From the NCBI GenBank assembly GCA_035473115.1, contig DATION010000005.1, positions 86,339 through 150,338 of the forward strand: a stretch of DNA of 64,000 nucleotides, written 5' to 3'. Position numbers and translations under genes: made by a program. Under the pieces are notes generated by a model. That model searched no databases. It had not been told where the DNA came from and saw only the letters and a list, made by a program, of their open reading frames with translations. Source of the stretch: Candidatus Udaeobacter sp. GTDB lineage: Bacteria > Patescibacteriota > Patescibacteriia > Magasanikbacterales > GWA2-37-8. Positions 50,758 to 59,286 of the stretch are shown here, piece by piece (position 1 is the stretch's first letter; each line of letters opens with the position of its first letter).

Positions 50758-50931
50758 ATTCGAATTGAATTAAATAAAATTAACTTAATTTACCTTAATT
50801 AGCTTTTTTGCTTCTTAATTTATGAGATCCCGCTAAGCGGGACGAGTTAATGAGAGTATTTCCCCTTTAGCCTATATCGTAGTATAAATTACTTTTAACC
50901 ACAAGATATAGTAAAAAAGAGGGCAAAAGAC

Positions 50932-51020
50932 ATTATACCACTTCTAAAAAAATTACGCCAAATGGCCCGGTTTTGCTTTAAATAAAAGAAAAAAAAGTAA
51001 GGATGTTTAGTTATCCACAC
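50932..51020. repeat. About 90 bp direct repeat, copy 1; carries a minus-strand extended -10 promoter (TGGTATAAT) about 165 nt upstream of nrdJ
   Basis: Near-identical to 51954..52041 apart from about 10 nt, read directly. Two NrdR-box-like palindromic half-sites lie just downstream at 50870-50914. Confidence 0.55.
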
Positions 51021-51354
51021 CTAGTTTTTTTGAAAGCATAACGCTATAAATAACAAAAAAATAATCGAGCCTAAAATTAATTCTATTATACTTAAATTTA
51101 TCCCCACTTAATCCACTTGTTAGAATTCACGCCGGCTGGTATAATTATTTTACTAAAGGAGAACTTCAAAAAATTATAAATTGGGTCAAATCTAGGTGCC
51201 ATGTTAGCCAGATTTAAAAATGAAATATTCAGCATTTAATACTAAGGGTGTTTTTTTGTTGTCTATAAACTATATTGACAGAAAAAGATATAACTGCTAA
51301 GATGCCGCCTTACTTAAAAGTAATAAAAAACCCGTATTTAGTAAGCAAAGTTTG

Positions 51355-51456
51355 TACCCCCGCCGGGACTTGAACCCGGATCGTATCTTCAGAAAGATAG
51401 GCTGTCACGCTTCGGATTACAAATCCGATGTTCTATCCAAATTGAACTACGAGGGC
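51355..51456 (-). tRNA. Atypical tRNA-like gene: Thr anticodon (TGT) with a 32-nt variable region containing a 6-bp hairpin; G1-U72
   Basis: Perfect D-arm (GTTC/GAAC), anticodon arm (TCGGA-TTTGTAA-TCCGA) and T-arm (CCGGG-TTCAAGT-CCCGG). The acceptor stem has two G-U pairs. The 32-nt variable arm is incompatible with a canonical tRNA-Thr. Confidence 0.45.
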
Positions 51457-51553
51457 ACAAATACTGCTTACTAAGCACAGGTACTAAAAAACCAGTGTTT
51501 AAAAAACAGTTATTTTCTCGAAAGGTAGCTGTAAGGTTTCACACCTACAGGAT

Positions 51554-51583
51554 CAAGCGTTAGCGCGCTTGGTTCTTTTTTTT
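51554..51583 (+). terminator. Plus-strand Rho-independent terminator (caagcg-ttagcg-cgcttg + T8) inside the non-coding segment
   Basis: GC hairpin followed by TTCTTTTTTTTT. Confidence 0.5.
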
Positions 51584-51953
51584 ACGTGGGAAGAAACGAA
51601 ACCACTTGCTTTTGGCGAATACGAGTTTACCGTTGCGTTTTACCGCATTACAAATAATTGAACCGTCTTCTGCTTGAAAGCAGAACTGATGCGTAAGCAT
51701 AGTTTAGGGATTCTCCTTTCTGGGCAATACAGCCACAATTGAATTTTCCCTACAGCTACCTTTTAAAAAAACCACCAAAAGCGTCTACCCTGCCTACGTC
51801 TGTTTTTGACAGCCGTCAGCAGTGTTCTAGCACCTGACGAGCCTTTCGGTTCGGCAAGGTAGCACTTTTGATGGTCTATCCATTCTGTGCAAAGTGGATA
51901 TTTATTGACGCTTTCCCTTGGCTAGAAACAAGGAAATAAATTTTTCAATATTA

Positions 51954-52041
51954 TTATACCACTTCTAAAAAAATTACGCCAAATGGCCCGGTTTTGCTTT
52001 AAATAAAAGAAAAAAAACTGCCAGCAATTAGTTATCCACAC
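51954..52041. repeat. About 90 bp direct repeat, copy 2 (same extended -10 promoter, pointing into the non-coding segment)
   Basis: See copy 1. Confidence 0.55.
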
Positions 52042-52115
52042 CATCAAAAAATTTGAATTAATAATTTTAATTTATAATTGGACTTTGTTATTTTTCTATC
52101 GTATAATTTACCCGT

Positions 52116-53150
52116 ATGCAAAACCCAATTGAAGAAGAACAATCCCGCCTAACTACCCCAGAAGCTGACTCCGAAGAAAATGTCTTAGAAGTTACTTTAC
52201 GCCCGCAAAAGCTGGGTGATTTTATCGGCCAAGCGCAAATAAAACAAAATTTGGGGATCTCTATGGAAGCCGCCACGCAGCGCGGTGAAATGCTGGAACA
52301 TATTTTACTCTACGGTAATCCGGGTTTGGGAAAAACTACTCTGGCCAACATCATCGCCCGCGAAATGAACAGTAATATAAAAATCACTTCCGGCCCGGCC
52401 TTGGAAAAAGTTGGCGACTTAGCGGCTATACTATCTAATTTGCAAAACGGAGAAATTTTATTTATCGATGAAATCCACCGCTTAAACAAAACTATTGAAG
52501 AAGTTTTATATCCCGCCTTAGAAGATTATTCACTGGATATAATAATCGGCAAAGGCCCGGCTGCGCGTACTATTCGCATGCCTTTATCAAAATTTACTCT
52601 CATTGGTGCCACGACTAAGATTGGATTAATCTCTGCGCCACTGCGCGATCGTTTTGGCCATACTTTTCATTTGGATTTTTACGAACATGGTGATATTGAA
52701 ACTATACTTTTACGCAATGCCAAAATTTTAAATATGGATATAGAACCAGAAGCTGCGGCCCTGGTTGCCGCTCGCTCCCGCCGCACTCCGCGTATTGCCA
52801 ATCGTTTGCTTAAACGCGTCCGTGATTTTGCCCAAGTACGCCATAATGGTAAAATAGATAAAACTATTGCCGACAAAGCTTTAAACATGTTGGCTATCGA
52901 TCAGCTTGGACTTGATGAAATTGATCGCCGCTTACTGGACACTTTAATAAATAAATTTAGCGGCGGCCCGGCCGGATTAAATACCCTGGCTGCCGCTATC
53001 AGTGAAGAAATGGATACGATTGAAACTATTTATGAACCATTTCTGCTGCAAATGGGATTTTTGGAACGCACTCCGCGCGGACGCAAAGCTACTCCGGCTG
53101 CCTATGCCCATCTTGGCTATAACGCGCCAAAAAAACAAACTTTAATTTAA
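52116..53150 (+). CDS. ruvB: Holliday junction branch migration ATPase RuvB
   Basis: Walker A GNPGLGKTTLA and AAA+ motifs. Confidence 0.93.
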   Translation: MQNPIEEEQSRLTTPEADSEENVLEVTLRPQKLGDFIGQAQIKQNLGISMEAATQRGEMLEHILLYGNPGLGKTTLANIIAREMNSNIKITSGPALEKVGDLAAILSNLQNGEILFIDEIHRLNKTIEEVLYPALEDYSLDIIIGKGPAARTIRMPLSKFTLIGATTKIGLISAPLRDRFGHTFHLDFYEHGDIETILLRNAKILNMDIEPEAAALVAARSRRTPRIANRLLKRVRDFAQVRHNGKIDKTIADKALNMLAIDQLGLDEIDRRLLDTLINKFSGGPAGLNTLAAAISEEMDTIETIYEPFLLQMGFLERTPRGRKATPAAYAHLGYNAPKKQTLI

Positions 53151-53152
53151 AT

Positions 53153-53437
53153 ATGCTAGTTGTCCCTCTCTACACCTTACTTATCGCCTATATTACTTTT
53201 TTGGCAATATTTTTTATTTTTTTTATTACCAATCTTTTGCATATTCTGCTTACCGGCACGACCACTTTTTTCAGCCTAATAATTACTTTTATAATTTTAG
53301 CCTTATCAATTCTGACAATCTATGCCACTTGGTATTATTTACAAGACACCATTTGGACCCAAACTATAACTTTGATTGATATAAATTGGCTTAAATCATT
53401 ACTGGCAAATTTTACCAGTAACCGGCAATATTTTTAA
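53153..53437 (+). CDS. Hypothetical small integral membrane protein
   Basis: 94 aa with 2-3 predicted TM segments. Confidence 0.4.
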   Translation: MLVVPLYTLLIAYITFLAIFFIFFITNLLHILLTGTTTFFSLIITFIILALSILTIYATWYYLQDTIWTQTITLIDINWLKSLLANFTSNRQYF

Positions 53438-53439
53438 TT

Positions 53440-53982
53440 ATGTCTCTTAGATCTCTGATCAAACAAAAATCCTACGAAAAAGTAATGTTCACGGCTCGCC
53501 GCCATCCCATTACTTTTGTTCCTTACGTAATTTTTTTCTTGCTTCTACTGATTGTTCCTTTTGGTTTGTATTGGCTTTTAAATAATTCCAGTCTTAGCGT
53601 TTATCTAATTACTCCCACTGGCCGTACTCTGGGAATTCTGGCTGCCAGCGTCTATTTTTTATCAATCTTCTTATTTTTCTATACGAATTTTGTGACTTTC
53701 CATTTGGATGTCTGGATAGTAACCAACGATAGGCTGCTGGATATGGAACAAAAAAGTTTATTTGATCGCGTTATTTCCGAACTGGATTTATATCAAATTC
53801 AAGATGCCACTTCGGAAATAAGCGGGTTTTTTCCATCTATTTTTAACTACGGAAATATCAGCCTGCAGACAGCGGGGGCGATAGATAGATTTACTTTCAA
53901 AAATGTGGCTAATCCAAACAAACTGCGTGAATTAATTTTGGATCTATCAGCTGAAGATAAAAAATACCACGAAAAACCATAA
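53440..53982 (+). CDS. Membrane protein with a YdbS-like bacterial PH (bPH_2/DUF304-like) domain
   Basis: TARRHPITFVPYVIFFLLLLIV N-terminus followed by a beta-rich domain. Weak similarity. Confidence 0.4.
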   Translation: MSLRSLIKQKSYEKVMFTARRHPITFVPYVIFFLLLLIVPFGLYWLLNNSSLSVYLITPTGRTLGILAASVYFLSIFLFFYTNFVTFHLDVWIVTNDRLLDMEQKSLFDRVISELDLYQIQDATSEISGFFPSIFNYGNISLQTAGAIDRFTFKNVANPNKLRELILDLSAEDKKYHEKP

Positions 53983-54010
53983 AACTAAAAAATCCCTTTA
54001 ATGGGATTTT

Positions 54011-55069
54011 TTAGAACACTCGTTCTACTGTCGTACTGGTATAATAATATTTTAAAATCTGATCATAGGTCCAGCCGTCTTTTAAGGCGTGTTTTTCGGC
54101 ATCATAATTACTCATGCCAAAGCCGTGACCGGACATTTTTTTACCTTTATCATAAATTGCTTTTACACTTTTGAGCCAGGGACGATCTGAACTTTTCCAA
54201 TTTTTAGTAGCGCCGCTGGAATGACTAAAATAAGGAGTGATTACGGGATTACCATTATAAACTACCATTTCACCCGCAGTGTCGGCCGCAGCCTGAGCCA
54301 CTTTGGGCATAAACAATTCCGAATTATAACCCAAATAAAGCTGATCTGCTGTGGTTGGATAAACATCAAATAATCTTTTGTCAGTGGGCGGATTTTTACT
54401 AATCAAAGCATTAGCATATGAACGCGCCGCCACCATTAACGCTTTAACGTATTCTGTGGGAGCGGTATTATACGTTTCCGCCACTCCAGCCACATACTGG
54501 TCAAGCGGTAATTCATTTATAATATACGGCTGCTGGCTTTTCGGCGAATAGCGATATTCAAAAACACCGCGATAAACATTAAAATTTATTTTTCCTCGCC
54601 CTTTTACCGGACGGCTATAACTAACCAAGGTAAAAAAACTTTGCTGGTCCTGAGGAACTAAACGAAAATATTTTGTTGAAGTTACAGTCAAACTTTCACT
54701 TTTAAAACTGTAAGTACCCTTTTTGTAACTGAGAACTGCCGTATCTTGCGCCAGTAGAGTACCAACAATTTCGCCATTTATCCAAACATCATAAATAAAA
54801 TCTGAGCTAAATTTAACCGAATCATTGGTTTTATATAAACCAACCCGAATATTTGGTTCGGAAATAAGTTCTCGCTTAGAATCTAAATTTTCGTCTGAAT
54901 TAATTATATCTCCCGCGCTAGTTGAGGAGCTTAAAACTACAGACACAGAACTTGAGACAGTGTCAGCCAAAACAGGGTTAAGGCCAATAAAAAACAGAGC
55001 CGATAAGGTCAAAAATTTATTTAAAAATGAAAATAGTTTCATATTATTATAGCTGGATAATAATAACAT
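54011..55069 (-). CDS. SpoIID/LytB-domain protein
   Basis: C-terminal SpoIID-like block PYFSHSSGATKN...GHGFGMS. Confidence 0.7.
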   Translation of the reverse strand: MLLLSSYNNMKLFSFLNKFLTLSALFFIGLNPVLADTVSSSVSVVLSSSTSAGDIINSDENLDSKRELISEPNIRVGLYKTNDSVKFSSDFIYDVWINGEIVGTLLAQDTAVLSYKKGTYSFKSESLTVTSTKYFRLVPQDQQSFFTLVSYSRPVKGRGKINFNVYRGVFEYRYSPKSQQPYIINELPLDQYVAGVAETYNTAPTEYVKALMVAARSYANALISKNPPTDKRLFDVYPTTADQLYLGYNSELFMPKVAQAAADTAGEMVVYNGNPVITPYFSHSSGATKNWKSSDRPWLKSVKAIYDKGKKMSGHGFGMSNYDAEKHALKDGWTYDQILKYYYTSTTVERVF

Positions 55070-55203
55070 AAAACCAAGTATATTTCCAGACTACCAACTA
55101 AAAATAATTTGTCTTTAAAAAAACAAACGAGGTACCCAAGGCGCCACTTGAATACCTCCGCGAACTCTCCTTAAACTACTACACCTGTCGCCCAGCCTGC
55201 CTC

Positions 55204-55659
55204 TTACAGCTGAACGTAGCCGTGCTTCACAGCAAACCGCGTAAGCTCGGAGTTGTTGCGCAACCCCAGCTTTTTCATCACATGACCGCGATGCGTATCA
55301 ACGGTCTTGACGCTGATCTCCAGCTGCTCGGCGATCTCCCGGTTGGTCAGGCTTCGCGCCAGCATCTCCATCACCTGCTGCTCGCGAGCAGTGAGAGCGC
55401 TGGCTGGATGACCTTCGGCTGCAACTTCACTCCGCAAGTGGTCCAGCCCTTCGGGTGGTAGAGACAAAAACTCCTCTAGACGATTACTGACAAACTTGTC
55501 CAGAGCGTCTGCAACAGCCTGTTTCAATTCAGGCTGTCTCGCTCTTACCACAATGGCAAAATCAGCCTGCTGCTGGCTGGTTAGCTCAGACAGATCAACC
55601 GAAAACGGTAATGACAACCACGCCGAAGGAACATGCAGAAGTGCGAATCTGACGGTCAT
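55204..55659 (-). CDS. LuxR/GerE-family HTH transcriptional regulator, GC-rich (about 53%)
   Basis: C-terminal LTAREQQVMEMLARSLTNREIAEQLEISVKTVDTHRGHVMKKLG HTH. AGGAAGG SD. Composition unlike the flanking sequence. Confidence 0.6.
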   Translation of the reverse strand: MTVRFALLHVPSAWLSLPFSVDLSELTSQQQADFAIVVRARQPELKQAVADALDKFVSNRLEEFLSLPPEGLDHLRSEVAAEGHPASALTAREQQVMEMLARSLTNREIAEQLEISVKTVDTHRGHVMKKLGLRNNSELTRFAVKHGYVQL

Positions 55660-55840
55660 AATAACCTTCCTGTGTCACAAAGTGACGAGAGCTGTTGAAT
55701 GGATGGTTGGGAGCACTCCAACCTTCTATACAAGAAAGCCTAACAGAAAACCAGCTTTTGTCAATATAACAAACATTGCTATCAAACACCGCAATTGTTA
55801 TACTTAATACTAATAATATAATTGCTAATTTCGCTATAAT

Positions 55841-56125
55841 ATGTCTCTATTTTCCTTTTTCGGTCCAACTATAAAATATCCGCAAGATAAACATCAGGTT
55901 ACCACCGAACAGATAAAACACTTAATGATGCATACCCACTTAACGACTGTTAGCCAAGCTAATAAAGACACGGTGGCTGCGGCTGTGCTGGCCAGACGTG
56001 ACGGTGATGACAAAATTTCTCTGCAAAATATATACGAAGTTTTAACCAAGCTAAAAAATGAAAATCGCATTACCAAACTGGACCGAACTTTATTTATGAA
56101 AATTTTTCAAGATTCTTTAGTGTAA
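55841..56125 (+). CDS. Hypothetical 94-aa protein
   Basis: ORF only. A TATAAT hexamer abuts the ATG. Confidence 0.3.
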   Translation: MSLFSFFGPTIKYPQDKHQVTTEQIKHLMMHTHLTTVSQANKDTVAAAVLARRDGDDKISLQNIYEVLTKLKNENRITKLDRTLFMKIFQDSLV

Positions 56126-56129
56126 TTAC

Positions 56130-57563
56130 ATGTCTCTAACTCGCTCCATTGCCAAAAATACTTTGGTACAAATTATCGGCAAAGCTATCAGCACAATACT
56201 TGGCCTGATAGCCATAGGCATTATAACCCGAACGTTGGGCGCCGAAAAAATCGGCTGGTACTCAACTGCCACCGGTTTTTTACAATTTGTTGGCATTTTC
56301 AGCGATTTTGGTTTTACAGCTATTACTGCCAAAATGCTTTCCGAGCCACAGCTCGATAAAACCAAACTGCTAAACAACTTATTCACCTGGCGATTTCTGA
56401 CAGCTTTATTTTTTCAAGGATTGGCTCCGTTTGCAATTTTATTTTTCCCTTACCCGGCACCAATCAAACTTGCCGTTGCGATAATGTCCTTATCTTTTTT
56501 TGCTATTTCAGCAAACCAAATTTTTATTGGTTATTGCCAATCTGCTCTTAAAATGGCCACCCAAATGACTGGCGAAATTTTAGGAAGGATTATTTTAATC
56601 GTTGGATTAACCATGGTCGCTGCCAAAAATTATGGCTTTCTGCCAGCTATGGCTGTGATTACTTTAGCATCAGTTGTCTACACATTTTATCTCTGGCAAA
56701 AAAGTCCTGGGGTCAAATTTTCTATAGATCCTACTATATCAAAAATTATTTTCCAAAAAATTTGGCCAACTGCCATCACCGTAATTTTTAACGCTTTTTA
56801 TTTACAAGGCGACCGCGTTATTTTACCGCTTTATACCTCACAAATAAATGTCGGCCTTTATAGTGTAGCTTACAGAATTTTGGATGTTGTCGCCCAAACT
56901 GCTGCGATGATTATGGGAATTATGATGCCGCTAGTAACTTTTGCTTGGTCGCGAAATTTAATAGATGAGTTTAAAAGAAAATACCAAATGAGTCTAGATT
57001 TGGTAGCTTTATTCCTTATACCAATGATCGCCGGCATAATTGTTTTGGCCAACCCGATTATGATTTTAATGTATCCGGGTTATAAAAATTTTTCTGACCC
57101 TGGTAAAATTCTGCAAATTTTGTCCGTAGCTATTTTAGGAATCGCTTTCGGCAATATTTTTGGCTACATGGCTTTGGCTATAGACCGGCAACGGCAAGCT
57201 ATGTGGATCTACTTTTCCGATGCTGTGCTAACCACTATCGCCTATTTTATTTTAATACCAAAATACGGCATATTTGGCGCGGCTGCGGCAGCAATTTTTT
57301 CTGAATTATATGCCGGACTAGGCTTGATGCTCCTGGCAAATTACTATGCCAAATTTTTTCCAAAATTAAAAACCCTGGCCAAAATAACTTTAGCCAGCGC
57401 CATTATGGGCGGCCTTCTCTATAAGCTTCAACCCTTAAATAGCCACACTTCGATAAATCTTGTTTTATCCATTATTGTCGGCGCTAGCATTTACGCTTTG
57501 CTTGTTATTGGTCTAAAAGTAATATCCAAACAGACAATTATAGAAGTTATAAAGCGCGATTAA
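56130..57563 (+). CDS. Polysaccharide biosynthesis protein / Wzx-like flippase (MOP superfamily)
   Basis: 477 aa, about 12 TM segments, typical oligosaccharide-flippase composition. Confidence 0.65.
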   Translation: MSLTRSIAKNTLVQIIGKAISTILGLIAIGIITRTLGAEKIGWYSTATGFLQFVGIFSDFGFTAITAKMLSEPQLDKTKLLNNLFTWRFLTALFFQGLAPFAILFFPYPAPIKLAVAIMSLSFFAISANQIFIGYCQSALKMATQMTGEILGRIILIVGLTMVAAKNYGFLPAMAVITLASVVYTFYLWQKSPGVKFSIDPTISKIIFQKIWPTAITVIFNAFYLQGDRVILPLYTSQINVGLYSVAYRILDVVAQTAAMIMGIMMPLVTFAWSRNLIDEFKRKYQMSLDLVALFLIPMIAGIIVLANPIMILMYPGYKNFSDPGKILQILSVAILGIAFGNIFGYMALAIDRQRQAMWIYFSDAVLTTIAYFILIPKYGIFGAAAAAIFSELYAGLGLMLLANYYAKFFPKLKTLAKITLASAIMGGLLYKLQPLNSHTSINLVLSIIVGASIYALLVIGLKVISKQTIIEVIKRD

Positions 57564-57632
57564 ATTGTGAATATCAAAAAAACCTGTTAAACTAATTAAT
57601 AATACAGTGGTTTAATTATCTATTTTTAAAAT

Positions 57633-58700
57633 ATGAATTTTTCCAAATTTAAAGATATTACTTTTTTTAGCGAACTCATCTTGATCAGCATAGCTTTTCT
57701 GTACCTTATCAAACCATTTTTCTACCCTATTTTTTGGGCGGCCATAATCGCCGGGATTTTCTATCCGGTTTTCAAAAAAATAAACTCAAAAATAAAACAT
57801 GCCAACTTAAGCTCTTTAGCAACCATACTTATTGTTTTAGTAATAATCATTATTCCGGTAGCTGTTTTGGGCAGTCTGATTTTAAAAGAATCTCTAAACC
57901 TGTTTACCTCGTTATCAAATAACCAGGGGCCATTTGTAAGTACGGTAAAAAATGTTATCAATTGGACAAAAGATAATCCGATTACTCATAAATTCAATAT
58001 TGACGCCCAACAAATAACTGAAAAATTCACTGAGGTTGCCAAAACAGTTACCGACATACTTTTTACCGCTGCTAAAGATTTAACTCAAAATTCCTTAGTC
58101 TTCTTGGTAATGTTTATCATTATGATTTATGCTCTCTTCTTTTTCCTTAAAGATGGAGAAAGGGCGCTCAAATGGCTATCACGGATTTCTCCTTTAGGGG
58201 ACAAGCATGAAATAATCATGTACAAAAGATTTACTTCCACAGCTCGCGCAGTTTTAAAAGGCACAGTTATTGTCGGCGCTGTGCAAGGATTTTTGGGCGG
58301 AGTTTTATTTTATATTGTCGGTATTGAAAATGCTTTGATTTGGGCAATAATCATGGCTCTGCTTTCGGTAGTGCCAGGTTTTGGTTCTTACATAATCTGG
58401 TTGCCGGCAGCGCTTATCATGTTTGCTCTGGGCAATGTTTGGCAAGCTATTTTAATAATTATAGTTGGCACAATAGTAATTTCCACCATTGATAATTTTC
58501 TTAGGCCAATTTTGGTTGGTAAAGATACCCAGATGCATCCTTTGTTAATTTTACTTTCCACTTTGGGTGGATTGGTTTTATTTGGTATTTCCGGATTCAT
58601 TATCGGCCCGATTATTATGGCTCTATTTTTGTCTTTGTGGGAAATGTACGAAAGTTATTATAAAGAAAAATTAGATAATACTAATAAGGAATTAACATAA
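57633..58700 (+). CDS. AI-2E family (PerM/YhhT-like) transporter
   Basis: Eight-TM UPF0118-type architecture. Confidence 0.65.
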   Translation: MNFSKFKDITFFSELILISIAFLYLIKPFFYPIFWAAIIAGIFYPVFKKINSKIKHANLSSLATILIVLVIIIIPVAVLGSLILKESLNLFTSLSNNQGPFVSTVKNVINWTKDNPITHKFNIDAQQITEKFTEVAKTVTDILFTAAKDLTQNSLVFLVMFIIMIYALFFFLKDGERALKWLSRISPLGDKHEIIMYKRFTSTARAVLKGTVIVGAVQGFLGGVLFYIVGIENALIWAIIMALLSVVPGFGSYIIWLPAALIMFALGNVWQAILIIIVGTIVISTIDNFLRPILVGKDTQMHPLLILLSTLGGLVLFGISGFIIGPIIMALFLSLWEMYESYYKEKLDNTNKELT

Positions 58701-58774
58701 ATAAAATAATTTTCCATAATTAAAGATAAAAAACAAAATCCCTTCCTTAACAGGTTGGGATTTTGTTTTAATTG

Positions 58775-58846
58775 TTGCGGGGCCCGGACTTGAACCGGGA
58801 ACCTCCGGGTTATGAGCCCAGCGAGCTGCCCTTGCTCTACCCCGCT
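58775..58846 (-). tRNA. Initiator tRNA-fMet (anticodon CAT)
   Basis: Closely parallels E. coli tRNA-fMet: GCGGGG acceptor with an unpaired 1:72 position, three G-C pairs closing the anticodon stem (CTGGG-CTCATAA-CCCGG), T-arm CCCGG-TTCAAGT-CCGGG. Confidence 0.8.
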
Positions 58847-58937
58847 ATGTTTGAAGTTAAAAGTCTTAAAGTCCATAAAGTCTAAAGTCGGCGGACTTTA
58901 AGGACTTTAAAAACTTTATGGACTTTCGACTTTTGTG

Positions 58938-59009
58938 AGCAGGTGAACGGAATCGAACCGTCGTCTCGTCCTTGGCAAGGACGCATAATAACCATTATAC
59001 TACACCTGC
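58938..59009 (-). tRNA. tRNA-Gly (anticodon GCC)
   Basis: Anticodon arm CGTCC-TTGCCAA-GGACG, acceptor GCAGGTG/CACCTGC. Confidence 0.8.
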
Positions 59010-59103
59010 AGTGAGTGAAATAGACAATAAAATATTTTTAGATCACTTGTGAGATAAAAATATTTATAGTGGATATTTCCGAGCGAAGGTGAAATATACC
59101 ATA

Positions 59104-59133
59104 GTATACTACACCTGCAGTGAATGAAATTAA
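59104..59133 (-). repeat. Partial duplicate of the tRNA-Gly 5' end (about 25 nt) 110 bp upstream of the tRNA
   Basis: ccatagtatactacacctgcagtgaatgaaat versus ccattatactacacctgcagtgagtgaaat at 58991-59022. Confidence 0.5.
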
Positions 59134-59286
59134 TTTAATTTTTAGTTTCTATACTATACGCAAAATTTTTATTTTTGTCAATAAACCCCGTCTTCCTAAA
59201 CAAAAAACTGAGCTTTTAAACTCAGTTTTTTGTCTTACCTGTGCACAGGATCAGACACCCCTTTATCGTGTGGGGCGCACGCTTTT

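Noticed and set aside
50758-50930. Cobalamin riboswitch upstream of nrdJ
   Set aside because: I looked for the B12-box (…GCCACTG…) and the conserved riboswitch helices and found none. Only a GC hairpin and NrdR-box-like palindromes are present.
51480-51900. RNase P RNA, tmRNA or SRP RNA in the repeat-bounded non-coding segment
   Set aside because: I checked for GGAAAGTCCGGGCTCC / AGGGTGAAA (RNase P), for the tRNA-like ends of tmRNA and for the SRP domain IV GGAAGCAGCC motif on both strands. None were present, so the identity is left open.
55835-55843. TATAAT immediately abutting the ATG of the 55841..56125 ORF as a leaderless-mRNA promoter
   Set aside because: The -10 box directly touching the start codon leaves no room for a transcription start upstream of the ATG. 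It is probably a coincidental AT-rich hexamer or the real start is downstream.
58850-58935. Possible CRISPR-like repeats (aagtc / gactt units) between the tRNAs
   Set aside because: The units are 5-6 nt with no regular spacers. They form one long palindrome, not a CRISPR array.
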